From a virus (Duplodnaviria; Caudoviricetes): DNA of 64,000 bases. Positions 46,599 to 55,420 of the stretch are shown one piece after another. Made by a program: the position numbers and the translations under genes. Every line of letters starts with the position of its first letter. The stretch's first letter is position 1. The stretch spans positions 64,001 to 128,000 of IMG/VR virus record IMGVR_UViG_3300046779_001841; one strand, 5' to 3'. Under the pieces are notes generated by a model, which saw only the letters and a program-made list of their open reading frames with translations, searched no databases and was not told the origin of the DNA.

Positions 46599-47542
46599 AG
46601 ATTAACTCTCCAACCTTCTATTTGTTCTACTTCTGTTGCAGGTCGCAACATCGCTTTATTGTTCATCTCTAATTTTCTATTTAAAAATATTTTTGCATTA
46701 TTCATTCCAGACACCATTTGCTTTAATGTCATATAGGTATCGATAAAATTATGCAAATACAATTTATGCACCATGTGATATTCAAAGCCATATAAAGACA
46801 TAAACTTCTTCCTTACCATATCATCATAGTCTTTTGCTTTATTCACAAAAGCAGGGAACTCAGGTAGGAAATTTTTTAGCTGGATTAAAACATCTTCTAT
46901 ATAGTTCAATTTACCTAGATAGGTATATAAAAAGATTTCTTTCGCTTGATGAAAGCCTTTAAGTGTCTTTTTAAGCACATCTCCACTTAAAGTATTCGCT
47001 CTTCTATCTTGCTTATTAATAAGAATTTTAGTCTTATTCTTATCTGTTATCAACACTTGTTCTGGATATAAACGAACCTTATTCTTCTCTAAATTGAAAT
47101 TTACAAGTTCCTTATTCAATTCGATATTTTTTAAAAGTCCCACAATATTGGAATCTAATGGTTTTGCTCTAGGTATAGGATCATCTGTATGATTAGTATG
47201 TGTTATTGGTACAATCTTAGTTTGTGGGTCAGTCAATAAATCTTTATAAAAATAAGTTTCTAGCTTGGGTGGTAAAAACATTTCTAATTTTTTTACAGTA
47301 TCTCTGTATGAATATCCAAATTGCTTTTCAAAACTAATGCTAAATTTAGCATCTTTATCTTGTTCTTTTTGATTTAGATTTCTCAAGTCTTTTACTGCAA
47401 TAGAAAATTCATTTAGCAGGTAGCTTAGTTCATCTAGTAAAGAAAAATACTTGATGATGCTTTTCTTTTTATCTTCATGGTATTTCAATATCGTATTGTT
47501 TAAAACACCTATGTTGAGATTACTTCTTCTTATTTTCTTCAT
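46595..47542 (-). CDS. Hypothetical protein with Arg-rich leader, family of three
   Basis: KKIRRSN…KYHEDK…F.KQFGYSY. Confidence 0.68.
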   Translation of the reverse strand: MKKIRRSNLNIGVLNNTILKYHEDKKKSIIKYFSLLDELSYLLNEFSIAVKDLRNLNQKEQDKDAKFSISFEKQFGYSYRDTVKKLEMFLPPKLETYFYKDLLTDPQTKIVPITHTNHTDDPIPRAKPLDSNIVGLLKNIELNKELVNFNLEKNKVRLYPEQVLITDKNKTKILINKQDRRANTLSGDVLKKTLKGFHQAKEIFLYTYLGKLNYIEDVLIQLKNFLPEFPAFVNKAKDYDDMVRKKFMSLYGFEYHMVHKLYLHNFIDTYMTLKQMVSGMNNAKIFLNRKLEMNNKAMLRPATEVEQIEGWRVNL

Positions 47543-47554
47543 TCTTCTCTCTCT

Positions 47555-48058
47555 TTAAAAGTAAAAACGACCTTTGTCGAGTTGTATCTCACTATTGCTA
47601 ATTTCTTTTATAGGTTCTATTTTTTGTAGGTTATTTTTGATTTTATCTTGTGATCTTTCAACACCTTCTAAAGTCCTTTTCAATTTCTTTTCTAAAGCAA
47701 TAAAGGCTCTTTCATTTGGTTTTTTCTTTCCATCAAAAGATTTACTTTCATCTACATAAAAGAAATTGTTCAGAACATTAAATACTTGATGAATCATTGA
47801 AACACCAGTCCATTTATATCCATACATTTCTTCAAAATGATCTCTAAAAATCTGATGCTCTGCTTCAGTAATCGCATGATACGAATTAAAATCGTCCAGC
47901 AATTCTTTAAACTTTTTAAATAATGGTATCATCTGTTCAAGTTTGTCTTGTAGATATTCCAAATCTTGTAATTCTTTTTTATTATGTAATTCAATTTGCT
48001 TTTTCGCAGAACTTATATCGATTGTGTTCGATCTTCTTCTTTTAAATGTTCTTCTCAT
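47555..48058 (-). CDS. Hypothetical protein with Arg-rich leader (start MRRTF)
   Basis: RRTFKRRRSNTID…LHNKKELQDL…F..MYGY; ATGA overlap with the upstream stop. Confidence 0.7.
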   Translation of the reverse strand: MRRTFKRRRSNTIDISSAKKQIELHNKKELQDLEYLQDKLEQMIPLFKKFKELLDDFNSYHAITEAEHQIFRDHFEEMYGYKWTGVSMIHQVFNVLNNFFYVDESKSFDGKKKPNERAFIALEKKLKRTLEGVERSQDKIKNNLQKIEPIKEISNSEIQLDKGRFYF

Positions 48059-48552
48059 TTTCTTTTCCAATATTTCAAAGGTTCTAAGATTTGAAACTCA
48101 GGTATATCGTCAACAGTAACATTTGATACTGATGTTATTTCTTTTTTAAGTTTTTCTAAAGACCAGTCAATATTAGATTGTACTTTTTCAAGTTTCTCAA
48201 AATATTGTTCAAAAAACAAAGGTAGGTTCTCAGGATATACTGGTCGATCTAAGATAAAAAATTTCTTTAAAGGTGTGTTTACTACAGATACTCTGGAATT
48301 TCTTTGATAATTATGACCATACATATCTCTAAACTTCTTTTTAAAAGTATCATGCTCTTCACCTGCAATATCACTTAATGTTGTAAATGCTAATAAATGC
48401 TCTTCAAATTTCTTGAAATGCGAAACCATCTGGTTTAGATGTTCTTGTAACACATTTAAATCTTGTATTTCTTTTTTCGTATGTAATTGCAAGACACTTT
48501 TTGCATGAGTTGCATCTAAAGTATTTGCTCTTCTTCTTAATGTTCTTCTCAT
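48055..48552 (-). CDS. Hypothetical protein with Arg-rich leader (start MRRTL)
   Basis: AGGAG SD at correct spacing; RRTLRRRANTLD…LHTKKEIQDL…FRDMYGH. Confidence 0.7.
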   Translation of the reverse strand: MRRTLRRRANTLDATHAKSVLQLHTKKEIQDLNVLQEHLNQMVSHFKKFEEHLLAFTTLSDIAGEEHDTFKKKFRDMYGHNYQRNSRVSVVNTPLKKFFILDRPVYPENLPLFFEQYFEKLEKVQSNIDWSLEKLKKEITSVSNVTVDDIPEFQILEPLKYWKRK

Positions 48553-48634
48553 CTTTTTTCTCCTATGAAATTTAAACTCATCTATATAAACATTATAAAA
48601 ATAATATAAGACTTCATATAAGAAAGGACTTATT

Positions 48635-49033
48635 ATGAAAAACCAAATTCTTGACACCATGCGACTTGCTTTTGTTATTAAACTTCTTGCCAAAGATATG
48701 TTTTTTACTCTTGCTCCACTTCCAGATTTTATCCAAACCAAAAACTCATCTTCGGGTGAATTAGACATCGATCTTCTTAAAGGCACACCTAAAGACTATA
48801 CCTACAAATTCTTTATTGCTAAAGATAGTAGCGAACTCGGTCAAGGCAATTTCTATGCGATTGAAGTTCTTCCCAATAGCAATCGTGTTCTAGTTACTCC
48901 ACATACATTGTATGAAGATACAGATGAAATTCTTCTTAATGATGACTGCATCATCTATAATGATGAAAATAAATTTGGTTGCAGTGAAGGTCTTTTTGAA
49001 AGTCTTAAATCTTTTTTTGAAAAAAAACAATAG
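48635..49033 (+). CDS. Hypothetical protein
   Basis: AAAGGA SD. Confidence 0.7.
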   Translation: MKNQILDTMRLAFVIKLLAKDMFFTLAPLPDFIQTKNSSSGELDIDLLKGTPKDYTYKFFIAKDSSELGQGNFYAIEVLPNSNRVLVTPHTLYEDTDEILLNDDCIIYNDENKFGCSEGLFESLKSFFEKKQ

Positions 49034-49036
49034 TCG

Positions 49037-49084
49037 TTGCAAAGGTAGCTTATCCTTAAGTGTTATATGTATGTCGATAATGAC
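49037..49084 (+). promoter_or_regulatory. Repeated promoter/hairpin element
   Basis: TTGCAA-N15-AAGTGTTATA-N5-GTCGataaTGAC. Confidence 0.8.
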
Positions 49085-49106
49085 TAACACTTAAAGGATT
49101 TGAAAA

Positions 49107-49649
49107 ATGTTCAAATTTATGAATGACCATGACAATGCTCCATCTTTCAACACTGCTTCTTTTGAATTTGACAAAGATGTTGATTATTCTAAGGAAACAG
49201 GTCTTTCCACACATATCAATCTTTGTCTTACACATGATAACACTCCTGTTGTATTACTCAACTCCTTTGGTTTGAGTTATAAATATGGCAAGTCTTTTTC
49301 TATTTCTATTGTAGAAGGTGAACTTTCTAAACATCTTACAAAACAAATTGAACCAGATGGTCAATCTAATTATCTCTTTTTAGATAGTCCTAATGGTAAA
49401 ATTAAAATCACTGATGGTTTTAAAGTTTGTTATATCACTTGGACTATCTCTAATGATCAAGTTCAAATCACTACTTCTGAAGATGATAGTGTTATCATTG
49501 ATTTTCACAAAGGTGTTATTGATCCTAATATCTATAAATTTATTGACAATTTACTTGGTTTATTAGAAACCATGCCTGAACCTTTAAAACCAGGTATGTG
49601 GAAAAAGATTTCTAAACTTAGAGATACTTTTGGTCTTGTTAAACAATAA
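49107..49649 (+). CDS. Hypothetical protein, paralog of 46038..46598
   Basis: Shares motifs with 46038..46598. Confidence 0.72.
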   Translation: MFKFMNDHDNAPSFNTASFEFDKDVDYSKETGLSTHINLCLTHDNTPVVLLNSFGLSYKYGKSFSISIVEGELSKHLTKQIEPDGQSNYLFLDSPNGKIKITDGFKVCYITWTISNDQVQITTSEDDSVIIDFHKGVIDPNIYKFIDNLLGLLETMPEPLKPGMWKKISKLRDTFGLVKQ

Positions 49650-49840
49650 TTAAATTCTATTTTCAGCTTTTCTGTTTTTCACAGTGTCTTTATTCCCATA
49701 GGCAGATACAATCTAAGTCATTGTTTTTATTCATTTCGCATTTTTTCATTTATATTAAACTAATTTAAAAGATTTACCAATTCCTATGTTTTGTTTTTCA
49801 TCTATTGCGAACATCTTATGCAAGATAAAAGGATGTTCGT

Positions 49841-50134
49841 ATGATAGAAAAACAAATAGACCATAATGAAATTATATCTATATGTGCAGGTGCTGGTTAC
49901 ATAGCTACTCAAATTGCACACTCATACCAATTCCAGTATCCTAAAATCTTCTCATTCACCAGTGCTTTGTTTGTTCTCTGGATTATCTATGATCCTGTTA
50001 TTCCTACCACTTCGGAATGGATACTCGCAGGTTTAACAGGTTTCTTTAGCAATCTCATAGTTGAGTTTATCCATAAACCTAACAACACTATCATATCTAA
50101 GCTAGATGCAATCTTAATGGAATTAAAAAAATGA
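49841..50134 (+). CDS. Small three-TM membrane protein coupled to the cyclase gene
   Basis: Three hydrophobic segments; ATGA overlap with 50131. Confidence 0.65.
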   Translation: MIEKQIDHNEIISICAGAGYIATQIAHSYQFQYPKIFSFTSALFVLWIIYDPVIPTTSEWILAGLTGFFSNLIVEFIHKPNNTIISKLDAILMELKK

Positions 50135-50916
50135 GATTAGAAGAAAAAACACTAGCTATCGTTCTGCTTGACATCATAGGTAGTACTAAATTCGTACAGA
50201 TCGCTGGTGATCTTAAAGCTACCATGCTTTTCCAAGTTCATGATAAAATGGTTCGTGATCTCATCATTCGCTTCTCTGGTCAAGAAATTGATAGATCTGA
50301 TGGCTTTCTTATCTATTTTGAAACCATCCAAGATGCAGTCAATTTTGGTCTTTACTACCAAATGAATGTTCCAGATAGAACTAAACTTGCCTGCAGGATT
50401 GGTATTCATTGGTCTAAAATTATTATCGTTCATCAAGATATGAAATATATACAAGGTGGTGCTAAACGATTAGAACTTGAAGGTGTTGGCAAAAACATTA
50501 CTGCTCGAATTATGTCTATCTGTGGTAAAGGTCAAGTCTTATTATCCAAAGATGCTATGGATGAATTTAAAAAACAAGGTGTCAATAGTTTCACACCTAA
50601 ATCTACTAAACACCTTTTCGTAGGTGCTTATCAATTTAAAGGTCTTAAACAATATATAGGTGTCTATGCTCTAGGTCTGGATAAAGATGACTTAAAAACT
50701 CCACCAGATAATGACAAAGCGAAACGAATGGGTGGTCTTAATGTTTTATCTATGAATGAAAAAGATGTCGCTTTCTACAACTATATTATCCAAATCTTAG
50801 GCTGGATCTTTATTATCTGTTTTACTATAATATTCTTAGTCTTGTTTTATCTGTTCTTTGACCCTGTTCTTAGAGAACAGATTTTAATTCAAATTGGTAT
50901 TCTCAAACCTACTTAA
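50131..50916 (+). CDS. Class III nucleotide (adenylate/guanylate-type) cyclase with C-terminal TM anchor
   Basis: LLDIIGST (Asp1), EIDRSDGF (Asp2), RIGIH, KNITAR (N..R), GQVLLS, YQFKG; hydrophobic C-terminal helix. Confidence 0.82.
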   Translation: MRLEEKTLAIVLLDIIGSTKFVQIAGDLKATMLFQVHDKMVRDLIIRFSGQEIDRSDGFLIYFETIQDAVNFGLYYQMNVPDRTKLACRIGIHWSKIIIVHQDMKYIQGGAKRLELEGVGKNITARIMSICGKGQVLLSKDAMDEFKKQGVNSFTPKSTKHLFVGAYQFKGLKQYIGVYALGLDKDDLKTPPDNDKAKRMGGLNVLSMNEKDVAFYNYIIQILGWIFIICFTIIFLVLFYLFFDPVLREQILIQIGILKPT

Positions 50917-51913
50917 AATCTTTATAGATTTCACGAACTACATAATTGTATTTTTTAATGTTCGTTGCATATAAGTGTTTTAAGAATCTAAAAAACTGAA
51001 TATTATCTTGAATACCTTTTTCCATTGTACTTAAAGAACTGGTATCTATGTTTAATTTTTTGACACGATTAAACATATCTCTTGCTTGTGCCTTATACTC
51101 AATATTAAGATCTATCCATTCTTTGTTTTTACGATCATTATTCTTAAATTTTCTTGATCCAGAACCCCATTCTTCGATCTTAGTTAGATCTATCATTAAG
51201 TGTTGCACCAAGTGTGTTAATTCATGTTCTATGATTTCACGCATCTCTTCATAAACAGATATTGGTGCTTTTATTAAATCTTCTAAAGACATACCCAATT
51301 CAATTATAAAGTGTTTTCTCTCTGGTATGAATTTACACACACCTTCTTCTCCATCACTTTTTAGAGTGTTGAAACTTAAAGTATATCCCATGCTATCCAA
51401 ATCATAATTCTTTAAATAAAGTAAATCTTTAAAGTGTGTATTCTTTAAGTCAATAGGTTTAGAATTGCACTGATTTTTATCAAAGTACCAAGGTTTAGGT
51501 TTGCCAAAAAAACTTTTCAAATTATACTTATAAATAAGATCAAATTTAAGAAGAAAATTTTTAATTTGTTTCTCTACATTTGAAGCATAACTCCATAAGT
51601 CTGCACTCGTTGATTTATTTTCTAACATCCATTTATACTCATCAAAAGATATGATGTTTAAATTCAAATCTACAAACCTTGATGCTATTTCTGCAAAATC
51701 TTCATAGATCACTTTTAAATCTGGATTGAAAGAATTTGCTCTTTTAAAAAGCATTACTACTTCTTCCAACTCTTCAAAAAATTCTTTTTCTTCTGTTGAT
51801 AAAGACACAGGATAATCTGCATTTTTTAAAAAGTGTGCATAGTGTATATCGAACTCTTTATTTAAATATTCTAATAACACTGCTGGCAATTTTATCAGTT
51901 TAGCTGTTTTCAT
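50909..51913 (-). CDS. Zincin-motif putative metallopeptidase
   Basis: IEHELTHLVQ and downstream IEYKAQ. Confidence 0.55.
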   Translation of the reverse strand: MKTAKLIKLPAVLLEYLNKEFDIHYAHFLKNADYPVSLSTEEKEFFEELEEVVMLFKRANSFNPDLKVIYEDFAEIASRFVDLNLNIISFDEYKWMLENKSTSADLWSYASNVEKQIKNFLLKFDLIYKYNLKSFFGKPKPWYFDKNQCNSKPIDLKNTHFKDLLYLKNYDLDSMGYTLSFNTLKSDGEEGVCKFIPERKHFIIELGMSLEDLIKAPISVYEEMREIIEHELTHLVQHLMIDLTKIEEWGSGSRKFKNNDRKNKEWIDLNIEYKAQARDMFNRVKKLNIDTSSLSTMEKGIQDNIQFFRFLKHLYATNIKKYNYVVREIYKDFK

Positions 51914-52355
51914 TTTTTGGCATCCAATTCTCTATGTTCTTGTTTAAGGTTACATTCTTATCATCTCTTGTCTTTACCAATTTCTCATCACTGGCAAAGA
52001 TACTTAACTTTTCTATCAGTGCATTCTGTATCTCAAATAATTGATCAGATTTCATCTGTAATTGTATTTGTGCATCTCTTAATCGACTTATCAATGCTAC
52101 TCGATCTGCATTTGCTTGTGATAGCTTGTCTTTTAATTCATTTATCTCTTCTGGTGATCTACCTGATGCGATTGTTAGCATACTTGGTATTTGTCCTGTT
52201 AAAATACCTAATGCTCCTATCAACAATTCTCTATTGCTATCTACAATCTGAAAAAAAGATAAAAAGACAATCAAACCTAAGATTAAAACCATGAATAAAA
52301 CTGAAAACCACCAACCTTTTGTTTTCTCATCATGTTGTTCCATCATTTTTATCAT
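51900..52355 (-). CDS. Two-TM membrane protein with coiled coil
   Basis: WWFSVLFMVLILGLIVFLSFF / LLIGALGILTGQI, then heptads. Confidence 0.7.
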   Translation of the reverse strand: MIKMMEQHDEKTKGWWFSVLFMVLILGLIVFLSFFQIVDSNRELLIGALGILTGQIPSMLTIASGRSPEEINELKDKLSQANADRVALISRLRDAQIQLQMKSDQLFEIQNALIEKLSIFASDEKLVKTRDDKNVTLNKNIENWMPKNENS

Positions 52356-52403
52356 CCTGTTTGTTTTTTGAGATACACAAACAGATACTATATAAAATAA
52401 AAA

Positions 52404-52643
52404 TTAAAGTTGCTTTACATACACTTGGTGTGCCATAGACCAATAATCTGCTTCATCTTCTGTTTCTACTTCTACAAATATATCTATGTCATTAAAGATA
52501 TTCCAATCATGTGGCTTTTCATTTCCATGTGCATAGAAAAATGGATTGTTTGGGTTATCTTTATTCTCTACAACAGTGTTGTATGAAACACTGCCTTCAC
52601 TAAGATGAAGTTCATGAGATACTTTATGAATTAAGTTTTTCAT
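52404..52643 (-). CDS. Hypothetical protein
   Basis: ORF downstream of the HDAC gene. Confidence 0.6.
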   Translation of the reverse strand: MKNLIHKVSHELHLSEGSVSYNTVVENKDNPNNPFFYAHGNEKPHDWNIFNDIDIFVEVETEDEADYWSMAHQVYVKQL

Positions 52644-52648
52644 TTGGA

Positions 52649-53506
52649 TTAACCTTTCTTGGAAATCTTGTTAAAGCTATTATAGGTTGCATAGTGCATA
52701 TCTGTTAAGACTGCTGGTGTAATAGTGGCTGATAAATAACCACCTGCAAGAACCCAACAAGCCTTGATATTGTTTTCTTTGCACCAGTTTGCTACCATTT
52801 CTTCTCTTAATTCTAAGGTTTCTTTTGAGATACCATTAAGACTTGGGTCCATACCTGCATTGTGCATGATGAAATCAACATCACAAGATTTAAGATGATC
52901 TAAACAATCTTGCACCTTTGAAAGATAGGATTGACTATCTCTATATGAGTGAAAATCTGTATGATGAATATTTTTGGTTGGCTTCCATTCATCTAAATAG
53001 CTGGTTGATAAATCTGCAATAGGAATATCTAAACCACCTAGAATATCAAATGTACCACCACCAAAATGTGCATCTACATCAAGCACACCAACTCTTTTAC
53101 CATTTTGTTTAGCAAGGATTGCTCCCATAGCTAAACCATTCACTTGGCAAAATCCCATACCATAGTTTTTACCTGCATGGTGCAAACCACTTGATAAAGA
53201 ACCTGCATATCCATTTTCCAATGCAGATAACACTGCATCTCTTACACCACCATTTGAGTGTCTAATGGATTTCAGTAAATCACTATTCCACCTGGAACCT
53301 AATGCACTCCAATCCAATGTTAAGTCAAAAAGACTTGCTACATAGTCATGGTCTAAAAATGCTCCAAGTTCTTCTCTATTCACTGGCTTTGGTTCTACTA
53401 AGAAACCACCATTGGCAAGAATTTTCTTTGCCAACCATTCACTTTTCCTTACTGTTTCTAAGGAATTTGATGTTGAAATGTAATCTGGTGAAAAATAAGT
53501 ATTCAT
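52649..53506 (-). CDS. Histone deacetylase superfamily (AcuC/HDAC-like) Zn-dependent amidohydrolase
   Basis: GLHHAG, GFCQVNGLA, LDVDAHFGGGT, NAGMDP, LAGGY; catalytic and Zn ligands all present. Confidence 0.87.
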   Translation of the reverse strand: MNTYFSPDYISTSNSLETVRKSEWLAKKILANGGFLVEPKPVNREELGAFLDHDYVASLFDLTLDWSALGSRWNSDLLKSIRHSNGGVRDAVLSALENGYAGSLSSGLHHAGKNYGMGFCQVNGLAMGAILAKQNGKRVGVLDVDAHFGGGTFDILGGLDIPIADLSTSYLDEWKPTKNIHHTDFHSYRDSQSYLSKVQDCLDHLKSCDVDFIMHNAGMDPSLNGISKETLELREEMVANWCKENNIKACWVLAGGYLSATITPAVLTDMHYATYNSFNKISKKG

Positions 53507-53530
53507 AGGTTTTTTCCTTTTTTGGTTTTA

Positions 53531-53578
53531 GTCATCATTGACATAATGATAACACTTGTCGATTTGCTATCTTTGCAA
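53531..53578 (-). promoter_or_regulatory. Repeated promoter/hairpin element
   Basis: TTGCAA-N15-AAGTGTTATC-N5-GTCAatgaTGAC. Confidence 0.8.
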
Positions 53579-53594
53579 CAGACTGCAAAGATTT

Positions 53595-53897
53595 TTATAA
53601 TTGCCAGTAAGCATTTTCTGTTTTAATTGCTCTGTTTATGATCCTTGCACAAGCACCTGCATCAGTAAATTCTCTATCATTTACAGAATCAAACATTCCC
53701 ATGCAGTCATCATTGCATTGGACTTTAAGATATGTACCATATTCATCTTTTTCACAAGACACAACAATATCAATCTTACTTTTGATGAGTGCAGGGTGGT
53801 TTATCTTAATGCTCTTATTTGCAATAACAAAACCAAAGTCAATGTTCTTTGCATTAAGGTTGAGTTTAAGAGAATTTAACATTTCTAAATGTTTCAT
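53595..53897 (-). CDS. Hypothetical protein, triplicate family copy A
   Basis: EMLNSLKLNLNAKNIDF..VIANK…SCEKDEYGTYLKVQCNDDCMGMFDS. Confidence 0.75.
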   Translation of the reverse strand: MKHLEMLNSLKLNLNAKNIDFGFVIANKSIKINHPALIKSKIDIVVSCEKDEYGTYLKVQCNDDCMGMFDSVNDREFTDAGACARIINRAIKTENAYWQL

Positions 53898-53936
53898 TTG
53901 ATTTCCTTTGTTTTAGGTTTCTATCAATCACATATC

Positions 53937-53967
53937 TATAACACTTATGGTTAAGCGACCTTTGCAA
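53937..53967 (-). promoter_or_regulatory. Repeated promoter element (core only)
   Basis: TTGCAA-N15-AAGTGTTATA. Confidence 0.75.
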
Positions 53968-53989
53968 CCAAATGAAAATATTTTTTGAT

Positions 53990-54241
53990 TTAGTGCAAAT
54001 CACTTGGAACACACAATCTTAATGCTTTAAGCAATTCTGGATATTGTGTCTGTTCTTTTACATGACAATAAAGCTGGTAGTTTGCACCTACCAATTCACT
54101 GTCACTCACTTGTTTTAGATCTAAGCATAAAATCTCAGGTACAATCTCTAAGATGATTGTTCTGTATGTCAATCTACCATTTGACTGCACCAAGTAGTTT
54201 TCTACTTTTTCTAAGGTTTCTTGTTTTACATTGTCTAACAT
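53990..54241 (-). CDS. Hypothetical protein (start MLDNV)
   Basis: ATG adjacent to the upstream stop at 54243. Confidence 0.6.
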   Translation of the reverse strand: MLDNVKQETLEKVENYLVQSNGRLTYRTIILEIVPEILCLDLKQVSDSELVGANYQLYCHVKEQTQYPELLKALRLCVPSDLH

Positions 54242-54242
54242 A

Positions 54243-54539
54243 TTAGCACCAGGCACTTTCATTTTGGATTGCTCTGTTTATCTTTTTTGCCAATTTAACT
54301 GCACTGGTATATTCAGTATCACTATTGGTTTCAAATAAGCCCAAACAATCATCATTTGTATGCACTTTCAAATACACACCACACTCATCTTTTTCACAAG
54401 ACACTTTGATTTCAATAGAACTGTTTGCAAGTGCTTCATTCTTGATTTCAATCATCTTATTTGCAATCACATTTTTGAACTCAATGTTCTTTGCATTAAG
54501 GTTGAGTTTAAGAGCATTAAGCATTTCTAACTTTGTCAT
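54243..54539 (-). CDS. Hypothetical protein, triplicate family copy B
   Basis: Same motifs as copy A. Confidence 0.75.
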   Translation of the reverse strand: MTKLEMLNALKLNLNAKNIEFKNVIANKMIEIKNEALANSSIEIKVSCEKDECGVYLKVHTNDDCLGLFETNSDTEYTSAVKLAKKINRAIQNESAWC

Positions 54540-54568
54540 AGGTTTTTTCCTTGATCTTGGTTTTGTTT

Positions 54569-54616
54569 GTCATCATTGACATAATGATAACACTTGTCAT
54601 TGAGCGGCCTTTGCAA
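54569..54616 (-). promoter_or_regulatory. Repeated promoter/hairpin element
   Basis: TTGCAA-N15-AAGTGTTATC-N5-GTCAatgaTGAC. Confidence 0.8.
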
Positions 54617-54632
54617 CCATTTTGAAAAATTT

Positions 54633-54935
54633 TTATAATTGCCAATAAAAACTTTCTGTTTTGATTGCACTCTTTATTTTTCTTGCACAAGCTACTACAT
54701 CTGTAAATTCTCTATCATTTACAGAATCAAACAATCCTAAACAATCATCATTGCATTGGACTTTAAGATAAGTACCATAAGCATCTTGTTCACAAGAGAT
54801 CTCTAATTCAATCTTGCTTTTGGTAAGTGCTAGGTGATTGATCTTGATTTTCTTATTGGCAATCACATGAGTGAAATCAATGTTCTTGCTGGTAAGGTGA
54901 AGTTTGAGATCATTTAACATTTTTATCTTTGACAT
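54633..54935 (-). CDS. Hypothetical protein, triplicate family copy C
   Basis: Same motifs as copy A; clear DNA-level similarity. Confidence 0.75.
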   Translation of the reverse strand: MSKIKMLNDLKLHLTSKNIDFTHVIANKKIKINHLALTKSKIELEISCEQDAYGTYLKVQCNDDCLGLFDSVNDREFTDVVACARKIKSAIKTESFYWQL

Positions 54936-54961
54936 AGGTTTTTTCCTTGTTCTTGGTTTTT

Positions 54962-55009
54962 GTCATTCTCGACATACCTATAACATTTGTCATTAAGCTA
55001 CCTTTGCAA
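54962..55009 (-). promoter_or_regulatory. Repeated promoter/hairpin element
   Basis: TTGCAA-N15-AAATGTTATA-N5-GTCGagaaTGAC. Confidence 0.78.
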
Positions 55010-55107
55010 CGACTATGAAAATTTTTTTAAATGTGTTGTTGCAGGAAAAGCAATATCATTGCGGCCGCTTTAGCAATATATATAGTCAAAAACTTTTTTT
55101 AGATTGG

Positions 55108-55155
55108 TTGCAAAGGTTGCTAATCCATAAGTGTTATCATTATGTCAGTAATGAA
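55108..55155 (+). promoter_or_regulatory. Repeated promoter/hairpin element
   Basis: TTGCAA-N15-AAGTGTTATC-N5-GTCAgtaaTGAA. Confidence 0.78.
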
Positions 55156-55179
55156 AAGTTTTCTTGAAAGGAAAATAAA

Positions 55180-55404
55180 ATGCAAAACATGAAAAATTTA
55201 TTGATTGCTACTGGTTGGACTTCTTTTGGTGATTGTCATTTTGCCAAAGACACTAAAACCAAAAGACTAGGTTTGGCACTCAGACCAGATGGTTATAAAC
55301 TTTGGGCTGATGATGGTGTTGAAGTGAATAACTTTTACATTGAACCAAAAAGAGATGTTGATCTCATAAATAGAATTTCTGAATACCCCAGAATTTCTGA
55401 ATAA
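55180..55404 (+). CDS. Hypothetical protein
   Basis: SD AAAGGA; own promoter. Confidence 0.7.
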   Translation: MQNMKNLLIATGWTSFGDCHFAKDTKTKRLGLALRPDGYKLWADDGVEVNNFYIEPKRDVDLINRISEYPRISE

Positions 55405-55420
55405 AAAAATTTGCAGTCTG

